A stretch of DNA of 32,000 nucleotides from contig JBHLKY010000005.1 in NCBI GenBank assembly GCA_048886185.1, positions 138,358-170,357 of the forward strand, written 5' to 3'. This stretch comes from Candidatus Hermodarchaeota archaeon (GTDB taxonomy: Archaea > Asgardarchaeota > Heimdallarchaeia > Hodarchaeales > Hodarchaeaceae). Below the pieces are notes generated by a model. That model searched no databases, was not told the origin of the DNA, and saw nothing but the letters and a program-made list of their open reading frames with translations. Numbering within the stretch: position 1 is the first letter of the stretch; each line of letters starts with the position of its first letter. Positions 25,371 to 32,000 of the stretch are shown here, one piece after another. The translations under genes and the position numbers were made by a program.

Positions 25371-26105
25371 TTGATTGAGATTTATCTCGTACCAGGAGGA
25401 TTAGGCATGTCACAAACAATCTCTCTTCCAAGGTTGCTTATTCAAATAATAGTCGGATTCATAATCTATGGTATTTTGTTTTTTATACCCACAGGGACTC
25501 TTGAATGGTTGGAGGCATGGATTTTCTTAATTATTACCTTTTTTTATGTAATGATAATTGTGTTCTACTTTTGGAGAAAAGATCCAACAATTCTGGTTTC
25601 TCGTTCCAAAGTTAAGCCTGAAAAGGGCTTCGACACTGTTTTCTTGGTTGTTTCAGGAATAACTTTCTTCTCTATGTTCTTAATAACTGCTTTCAGTGTC
25701 AATCCTGGGTTAAGTGATCTATTTTTATGGTCAAATTACAAAGTTCCATTAGCTTTCGAAAGTATTGGATTTATTGGAATAATAATTGCCTTCATTGTCA
25801 TCTTTGTTGTCATGCGAGAAAATGCATATGCTTCTAAAGCAATTGAGGTTCAAAAAGGACAAAAAGTGATTGGTACGGGACCATATGCATATGTCCGCTA
25901 CCCTATGTACATCGGATTCATCATTATTACTATTTGTTTTCCTATAGCTTTAGGATCATTTCTTGCCCTTCCTCCTGCACTACTGGTAGTAATTCTTATT
26001 GCGATTAGAAAAATTTATGAAGAAAAAACATTAGTTGAAGAACTAGAAGGATACAAAGAATATATGAAAAAGGTACAATATCAATTAATACCAAAAATAT
26101 GGTAA
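25371..26105 (+). CDS. Isoprenylcysteine carboxyl methyltransferase (ICMT/PEMT)-family membrane protein; likely start ATG 25398
   Basis: Multiple TM segments, ENAYAS, QKVIGTGPYAYVRYPMY, EEKTL...GYKEY; GGAGG upstream of 25398. Confidence 0.85.
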   Translation: MIEIYLVPGGLGMSQTISLPRLLIQIIVGFIIYGILFFIPTGTLEWLEAWIFLIITFFYVMIIVFYFWRKDPTILVSRSKVKPEKGFDTVFLVVSGITFFSMFLITAFSVNPGLSDLFLWSNYKVPLAFESIGFIGIIIAFIVIFVVMRENAYASKAIEVQKGQKVIGTGPYAYVRYPMYIGFIIITICFPIALGSFLALPPALLVVILIAIRKIYEEKTLVEELEGYKEYMKKVQYQLIPKIW

Positions 26106-26875
26106 AACAAATGAAACCTGGTCTTTTATTAGGAGATGAAGGTATGGAAAAATGGATGGATATAGGAAAATCGTTAGAAGAAATTCTTCGACCACAAACG
26201 TATCCGCTTGGAGTGAAATTTGTGAGAAATGAATCCGAATTCCCAGAAAAAACACGGAAACCTGAAGAAAAAATTGCTATTTGCCAAGCGTTAACCATCA
26301 GTCGGAAATTCGGCTGGACGATGGGGATTACAGGAGAAGATAGTGGATGTCCAGGTGCAAGTCTTACCTATGGATGGACATCTCCACTCGACGAATTACA
26401 ATTAGCCCAATTTTTTGCTATGGCTGGATATGGTGCTGATGAGAATAGTACAAAAAAAATTGTTGAAAATTTAGATCGATTAGAACCCAGAAAATACGGT
26501 GCCATTGTAATTTCTCCATTGACACGGACGAAAATTGTCCCAGATGTTATCCTTGTATATGGAAATCCTGCACAAATTATGCGATTATTACAGGGAGCCA
26601 TGTATAAAGAAGGAAAGAAACTTAAATGCGAATTGGCTGGGATCATGGCATCTTGTACTACAGGTATTATACGTACGTTTAACACTAATGAATATCAAGT
26701 TGTAATACCTGGTAATGGAGACCGTGTTTTTGCTGCTACCAATGACAATGAAATGTTGTTCACTATCCCAGCCGAAAAAGCGGATGACGTTGTTACTGGA
26801 ATGAGAGCCCAAAAATTTGCAAAATATCCTATCCCCAGTTCATTGCAGTTACCTCCGCCATTTCCAGTTAATTAA
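26099..26875 (+). CDS. DUF169 family protein; start may lie slightly downstream
   Basis: TYPLGVKF, ICQA, CPGA, PDVILVYGNPAQIMRL, ASCT, PGNGDR. Confidence 0.85.
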   Translation: MVKQMKPGLLLGDEGMEKWMDIGKSLEEILRPQTYPLGVKFVRNESEFPEKTRKPEEKIAICQALTISRKFGWTMGITGEDSGCPGASLTYGWTSPLDELQLAQFFAMAGYGADENSTKKIVENLDRLEPRKYGAIVISPLTRTKIVPDVILVYGNPAQIMRLLQGAMYKEGKKLKCELAGIMASCTTGIIRTFNTNEYQVVIPGNGDRVFAATNDNEMLFTIPAEKADDVVTGMRAQKFAKYPIPSSLQLPPPFPVN

Positions 26876-26985
26876 ATCTAAAAATCAATTACACCTCAGA
26901 AAGATAAGGTTTTAAATAACAGAGCTGTAAATACTCCAAGCTTTTGAATTCGAGATCAAAATACAAATTGATATAACAATATCTG

Positions 26986-27249
26986 GTGAAAATGAATATG
27001 TTCGAAGAAGAATTCGAAAAAGCTGTAAAAAGAGCTAATAATTTGCCTAACCAACCACCTGAAGTACTACTTGAAATGTATGGACTTTATAAACAAGCTC
27101 TCAATGGAGATGTGACTGGAGAAAGACCGGGAAGAATGAAATTAAGAGCACGATATAAATACGACGCTTGGGCTTCCAGAAAAGGCATGTCACGAGAAGA
27201 TGCAATGAAAGCATATATCAAATTAATTGAAAAACTTGAAAATACCTAA
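26986..27249 (+). CDS. Acyl-CoA-binding protein (ACBP)
   Basis: FEKAV...LLEMYGLYKQALNGD...RPG...RYKYDAWASRKGMSREDAMKAYI. Confidence 0.93.
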   Translation: MKMNMFEEEFEKAVKRANNLPNQPPEVLLEMYGLYKQALNGDVTGERPGRMKLRARYKYDAWASRKGMSREDAMKAYIKLIEKLENT

Positions 27250-27266
27250 ACATGTAGAGTGAATAT

Positions 27267-28097
27267 ATGCCATATGTTGAAATTGGAGATACTAGTGTTT
27301 ATCATGAAATTAATGGAGAGGGAAATCCTTTCATTTTTATCCAAGGTGCTTTCGTTAATTCCACAATGTGGGAAAAACAGATCAAATTCTTTTCCAACAC
27401 ATTTCAGACTTTAATTTACGACATTAGAGGACATGGAAAAACAGGCTCCTCTTCCCTAAAAAAATACTCTATAGATCTTTTTGCTAATGATTTGAAAGAT
27501 CTGTTAAATATTTTAAAGATCGAACGGCCAGTGATACTATGCGGAATAAGTCTTGGAGGAATGATCGCTCAAGTTTTCGCAACAAAAAATCCGAAACGAG
27601 TAGCTGCACTAATATTAGTAGATACTGCAGCTACAATCACGCTCACACGATGGGATTATATAATACGTTATCTAGTCGGTCCAAAATGGCTGATGTTACT
27701 CTCTTTGCGATTGATGGGAGTTCATAGATTCATAAGGTTCTCATTCTGGTTAGGGAAATTTACAAGGAGTAAGGAGTGGCTTGGTAACGAAGAAATAATA
27801 AAATATGAGAAAAATGAAATGCTAAAACTTGATAAAAAAGAATATCTGAAAATTTTTGGGTCATTATACGATTTTAAACTGCAAGAATTATCTCTAATCA
27901 CATCCCCCACTCTTGTATTAAATGGTGAACACGAAGCAAAAAGTCTTTTCAAACACGCGGAAAAAATTCAGACCTTAATTCCCACTTGTGACGTGGATAT
28001 AATAAAAAATGCAGGACATACTTCTAATATGGAAAATCCTGAAGAATTCAATCGAAAAGTTGCTGATTTTCTTAAAAAACATAATATTGGATATTAG
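27267..28097 (+). CDS. Alpha/beta hydrolase (enol-lactonase-like)
   Basis: FIQG, YDIRGHG, nucleophile GISLGG, LNGEHE, AGH. Confidence 0.9.
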   Translation: MPYVEIGDTSVYHEINGEGNPFIFIQGAFVNSTMWEKQIKFFSNTFQTLIYDIRGHGKTGSSSLKKYSIDLFANDLKDLLNILKIERPVILCGISLGGMIAQVFATKNPKRVAALILVDTAATITLTRWDYIIRYLVGPKWLMLLSLRLMGVHRFIRFSFWLGKFTRSKEWLGNEEIIKYEKNEMLKLDKKEYLKIFGSLYDFKLQELSLITSPTLVLNGEHEAKSLFKHAEKIQTLIPTCDVDIIKNAGHTSNMENPEEFNRKVADFLKKHNIGY

Positions 28098-28198
28098 GAT
28101 AGGAGTCTCAAAAGAAGTATTCCATGAGAAAAATTAAATTTTAATTTCGCTCTGATTAGATTGTTTTAAAAAAAGGTGGGAGAATTGCTACCTCTTGC

Positions 28199-29062
28199 TT
28201 AGATAGCAAATTCTCTCTTATCAAATATTACTAGTGCCCCGATGAGTGCTGCAAGACCTACTCCAACAACAATGATTAGGTCTAGGAGGGGAAGCATTCC
28301 AGCTTCCATGATAGCATCGATTTTAAAGTAATGGAAAAGAGAGAATGATTGTACCTCAACAAATCCTTCTAACAAGCCAGATACCAATGCACCCATACTT
28401 TCCAAGAGATATTGCCCTAAAATTATTGCACCAGCAACAGATAATGATTTATTGGATTCTAAAAAAATCGTTGCACAAAGAAGAGATAATGCACCTAATG
28501 CAAAAATAAGTAAAAAGATACCCACCACATAATTGAGGACAAGGTTTGTGTCAATTTCATAATAATAAACCACATTTTCATACATGTAACCATCTTCGTA
28601 CATCATTTGCATAGCTGCTGTTGATCCTACCAGAATAGCAAAAATCGAAATTGGGAAGAGGAGGCCATAAGTGAGATAAACACTGAATTTTTCCAATAAA
28701 TAACGCCAACGAGGAATCGGATAACTTAGCATGACATCCAAGGTATTTTTATCAATTTCAGTGGACAAAAGGCGAGCAGGAATAAATAGAGCCACAAAAA
28801 GGAGGATAATATTCATAGTACCTCCAGCATACATAAAAAGAGCGCCTTGCCAGGTCAAGCCGAGGCCCTCAAGACCCAAATCTCCTAGAATCGCTTGATA
28901 GATAGGATTACTCATTTGGGATAATCGATCAAGTATTGTTTTACGTAAGGATGGGAAACCAATTGCAATCGTTGACACAAATCCTACGACAAATAAGGGA
29001 GGGATAATCCCAGTTACCCACGATTTACGTAAATTTTTCAAATAAACATGTACCATTATCAC
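28199..29062 (-). CDS. ABC-2 type permease (paralogue of 23309-24139)
   Basis: STEIDKNTLDVMLSYPIPRWRYLLEKF, SLFHY, C-terminal KREFAI. Confidence 0.9.
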   Translation of the reverse strand: MIMVHVYLKNLRKSWVTGIIPPLFVVGFVSTIAIGFPSLRKTILDRLSQMSNPIYQAILGDLGLEGLGLTWQGALFMYAGGTMNIILLFVALFIPARLLSTEIDKNTLDVMLSYPIPRWRYLLEKFSVYLTYGLLFPISIFAILVGSTAAMQMMYEDGYMYENVVYYYEIDTNLVLNYVVGIFLLIFALGALSLLCATIFLESNKSLSVAGAIILGQYLLESMGALVSGLLEGFVEVQSFSLFHYFKIDAIMEAGMLPLLDLIIVVGVGLAALIGALVIFDKREFAI

Positions 29063-29067
29063 ATCAC

Positions 29068-30009
29068 CTACTCGTAAAAATGGAGGAAAATCTCTTCAAG
29101 AGATGCATCCTCACAAGTAAAACGTTTAATGTCATAATTCGAGAGCCATTTAATCAATTCATTCACATCCTCTTTGATTTTTAAAACAAAAGTGTTCTCT
29201 TTTGTTTGTTCAACAGATATGACGGTATCTAATTGTTTGATGTCGCTTTCAGTTGGAATAGAGCCACCATTAAATTTAACAGTAACTTTTTGCATAAATT
29301 TAGCTTTAAGGCCTTCAACAGCTTCTACTAATATTATTTTTCCCTCCTTGATGATCCCAACACGATCACAAACCGCTTGAACCTCAGCAAGGTCGTGCGA
29401 ACTCAAAAAGATTGTGTATTCTTCATCCCTCAGTTTCTTGAGGATTTGATGAAAGTTCGCAGTCATAAGCGGATCTAGACCACTAGTAGGCTCATCAAGG
29501 ATTAGAAGATCAGGTTTAGAGGCTAATGCGGCAATCAACCCTGCTTGTTGACGATTACCCGTTGATAACGCCTTGATTTTTTTCTCAAGCTTAACACGAA
29601 AATTTTTTCGAAGTTCTTTCAGAAAACCTTCATTGATGGGTCGAAATTTGCCGAAATACTCTAGGAGTTCTTTACCTGTAAAATTCTCAAATAATGCCAT
29701 ATCACCAGGAACATAACCAATACGTTTCCGAATCGCAAGCCGATCACGATGATGATCTAAGCCAAAAATCGTAACTTCACCAGTCTGGATCTTCAAATAA
29801 TCCAAAATAGCGCGCATGGTAGTGGTTTTTCCTGCTCCATTAGGACCCAGGAATCCAAAGATTTCGCCTTTATTAACCGAAAAGGATACATTTTGAGCGC
29901 CAACAATACGTTCGCCGATAAAATTTCTATTTCCAAGACGAAATTCCCGACCATAGATTTTAGTTAGGTTTGAGACTTGAAGAACAGGTTCAATACTGCT
30001 AATACTCAA
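29068..30009 (-). CDS. ABC-2 type transporter ATP-binding subunit (paralogue of 22353-23312)
   Basis: GPNGAGKT, LSTGNRQ, ILDEPTSGLD, SSH, SLEEIFLHFY. Confidence 0.95.
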   Translation of the reverse strand: MSISSIEPVLQVSNLTKIYGREFRLGNRNFIGERIVGAQNVSFSVNKGEIFGFLGPNGAGKTTTMRAILDYLKIQTGEVTIFGLDHHRDRLAIRKRIGYVPGDMALFENFTGKELLEYFGKFRPINEGFLKELRKNFRVKLEKKIKALSTGNRQQAGLIAALASKPDLLILDEPTSGLDPLMTANFHQILKKLRDEEYTIFLSSHDLAEVQAVCDRVGIIKEGKIILVEAVEGLKAKFMQKVTVKFNGGSIPTESDIKQLDTVISVEQTKENTFVLKIKEDVNELIKWLSNYDIKRFTCEDASLEEIFLHFYE

Positions 30010-30069
30010 GTTTGATTACTCCAATTGTCTTTTTTTATTTGTCTTACTTTGTTTTTATTTTTTGGTTAT

Positions 30070-30101
30070 TTGCGTAACTGTCGCAATTAATAATTTATAA
30101 A
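30070..30101 (-). promoter_or_regulatory. TATA box (30101-30094) plus 17-bp operator TTGCG-ACAGTTA-CGCAA (30086-30070) upstream of ABC module 2
   Basis: Inverted repeat read directly; 13 of 17 positions identical to the 22278 site and the same 7-nt gap from the TATA box. Confidence 0.6.
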
Positions 30102-30105
30102 CTTT

Positions 30106-31299
30106 ATGAAAATAACACAAAATTCAAAAAATTTGGAAATATACGAAAAGTTTAAAAAACTTTTAGAAAAAGGACTTTTTAGCATGGAAAATATAGATCC
30201 TTTCATTCAAGTTAAAATCGATTATGTTCAGTATATGACGCAGCTATTTAAAGTCATGGCTTACGATGAAATTATTACAAGTATTCTTTTCGCTTTGATG
30301 GTTGAAGGAGGAAGATACCTGACTCAAGAGGAGCTTGAGTTATTTACAGGCTTTAACCGAACTAGTATCTCTCAGGCATTATCGAAAGTATCAGTGGTAA
30401 CTCAGGATTTTCCTATTATTCAAACAAGGAAACCAGGAGACAAAAAGAAATATTATTATTGTCCCATATCTTTTGAAGAATATGTCAAAAGATCGTTTCT
30501 TATCACGTCAGATGTTTCTAAGCAGAGTATGGAGTTTCTTCCTGAACTCACAAGTCGTTTAGACGCACTCTCCCCTCAAACTCCTTCGATTAGATATGTC
30601 AAACGAGTTTTTATTTATTTATTTGCAGCAACTTCTTATTATGAACAAATTATGAAGAAATCACACGAGTTTTTAGATAAAATGTTTACGGATCTTAATT
30701 TTGAGCCTAATTTTTCAGCTTTCATTAATAACATTCAAATAACACTTCCGAAGGTTGAAACTATTCCTTCTGATGATACGTTCACTCAAATTAAAATGGA
30801 TTTCATAACACAAATGATACACCTGAGTACAGAATTACTTGGAGGAAATGAAGAATTAATTGCAGTTTTTTTAGCTCTAATGCTTGAGAAGGATCCTGTA
30901 ACACAGGATAAGCTGATAAAACTAACAGGGGCAAGTCGATCAAATATATCAAGAGCCTTATCAATGATGGAGGAGTTGAAGGTTCTAGACATTATTAAGA
31001 AACAGAAAGACCGAAAGAAATATTATAAATCAAAAACAAGCATTGAAAATTATGGCCTTGGAAAATTACAACGTGTCCAGCGATATTATGCTCAAATTCT
31101 AATGATGATGCAAAAAAAATTCCTTCCAGACTTAAAGAAGATTGACCCTCCATCAGACCAAAAAAGAGAGAAAGAACGTTTAATTAATTTCTTTCAGGAT
31201 AATATCTCTTTTTTTAAGATTTTTATCAATTTTTCTAGTGCCATGCATTCTAGAGTTCAAAAGGAACTCAAGGTATTTGTTGAGAAGAGTTTTAGCTGA
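30106..31299 (+). CDS. Tandem double GbsR/MarR-like winged-helix regulator
   Basis: Two internal repeats: LTQEELELFTGFNRTSISQAL...RKPGDKKKYY and VTQDKLIKLTGASRSNISRAL...KKQKDRKKYY. Confidence 0.8.
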   Translation: MKITQNSKNLEIYEKFKKLLEKGLFSMENIDPFIQVKIDYVQYMTQLFKVMAYDEIITSILFALMVEGGRYLTQEELELFTGFNRTSISQALSKVSVVTQDFPIIQTRKPGDKKKYYYCPISFEEYVKRSFLITSDVSKQSMEFLPELTSRLDALSPQTPSIRYVKRVFIYLFAATSYYEQIMKKSHEFLDKMFTDLNFEPNFSAFINNIQITLPKVETIPSDDTFTQIKMDFITQMIHLSTELLGGNEELIAVFLALMLEKDPVTQDKLIKLTGASRSNISRALSMMEELKVLDIIKKQKDRKKYYKSKTSIENYGLGKLQRVQRYYAQILMMMQKKFLPDLKKIDPPSDQKREKERLINFFQDNISFFKIFINFSSAMHSRVQKELKVFVEKSFS

Positions 31300-31655
31300 A
31301 ATATTATCGTAATCAGTATATTAAACCATTTAGTACATTCTTTTATAATCTAAGTCCCCTTTTAATCTATCAAGACTTTTATTAATAATCTATATCTTAT
31401 TACTAGCGCTAATTATGGTTTTAGTGAGAGATATCTTTTTGATTGCCTTCGACGAATCAAAAAAAGGATTAAGACAAGTTCTACGCTCCCTATCTATTCT
31501 ATTAGTCTCATATGAGCGTACAAAAACTCTTAAAAGCCATTACAAGACTAGTTAAGATGATAGTAAAAACATAAGTCGTTTACATCACATAGAATAGAAC
31601 AGTATACATATAGCTTATCTAGACTACTTTTCTGATAAAAAATAACATAATTCTA

Positions 31656-31976
31656 TCATAAATCCTTTTGTGAATAATGACATTTCTGACAAAATGGTTC
31701 TCGCATGAAATATTGCTTACAATAAGGTATTGCTTCATTCTTAGTTATTAATTTTCGAGTAAACTTTCTGCAATATAAAATATACTTTCTTACTTCAAGC
31801 TCCTCTAAACTTCCGAGAGGCCCTGCTTTATAGTATGGACATCGGGGAGGGCAAGATTCATGCCAAAGTTTCAAGGTTAAACAATACTTTGATGCTCTAT
31901 TATGAGACGTAAGAAGAAATAAACACTCATGAAATGAGTGTTTTGTTACTTCTAGTGACATCCAATTTTCAATCAT
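31656..31976 (-). CDS. Cys/His-rich hypothetical protein (possible metal-binding)
   Basis: 106 aa with HEC, YC, HESCPPRCPYY, YCRK, YCK and FCQKCH. Confidence 0.55.
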   Translation of the reverse strand: MIENWMSLEVTKHSFHECLFLLTSHNRASKYCLTLKLWHESCPPRCPYYKAGPLGSLEELEVRKYILYCRKFTRKLITKNEAIPYCKQYFMREPFCQKCHYSQKDL

Positions 31977-32000
31977 CTCTTATTTCATCCTTCGATACTA

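Noticed and set aside
1116-30992. The many other 60-105 aa ORFs nested in or antisense to long genes (e.g. 1116, 5944, 6606, 9416, 10522, 10589, 11006, 12241, 13236, 15102, 16705, 19264, 20232, 22958, 23473, 24198, 26005, 26368, 26588, 27539, 27722, 29174, 30786)
   Set aside because: They lie fully or mostly within well-supported genes and have no recognisable motifs; expected by chance.
31415-31555. 46-codon ORF and hairpin TTTTTGATT-N10-AATCAAAAA between convergent genes
   Set aside because: No RBS or motif for the ORF; the hairpin is almost all A-T and could be chance.
1-32000. tRNA, rRNA, CRISPR array, IS element or integrase
   Set aside because: No cloverleaf or rRNA-like GC-rich stretch, regular repeat-spacer pattern or transposase motif seen by eye. 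A tRNAscan/Infernal run would confirm.

Overview
AT-rich, densely coding archaeal window. It is most likely Asgard (Heimdallarchaeia-like); this is an inference from the Roadblock/LC7 protein, the PolB2 cassette, BRE/TATA promoters and the many C-terminal zinc ribbons. Left to right: CoxE-like VWA protein (partial) with a MoxR/CoxD AAA+ ATPase; Roadblock protein; P-loop kinase; flavoprotein pair; Mre11/SbcD-like phosphoesterase; VOC protein; radA-like/arCOG07300/polB2 cassette; GH38 alpha-mannosidase; DUF72; XPB-like helicase; MFS transporter; and a 12 kb block with two paralogous ABC-2 modules, GbsR/MarR-type regulators, two alpha/beta hydrolases, an ICMT-like protein, DUF169 and an acyl-CoA-binding protein. 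Main discovery: the GH38 gene is split by a 31-nt insert (14762-14792, minus strand) exactly inside its HTHWD-REWY metal-binding motif. The insert folds with the flanking exons into a near-canonical bulge-helix-bulge (BHB). Cutting at the canonical endonuclease positions restores the frame and the motif exactly, so this is a candidate tRNA-type intron in an archaeal metabolic mRNA. Secondary findings: the helicase has a 158-codon zinc-finger N-terminal extension with no standard start codon and a BHB-like hairpin at its 5' end; both ABC operons share a 17-bp operator at identical spacing from a TATA box; and a 59-aa eight-cysteine protein is missing from the ORF track. No rRNA, tRNA, CRISPR array or transposase was seen.
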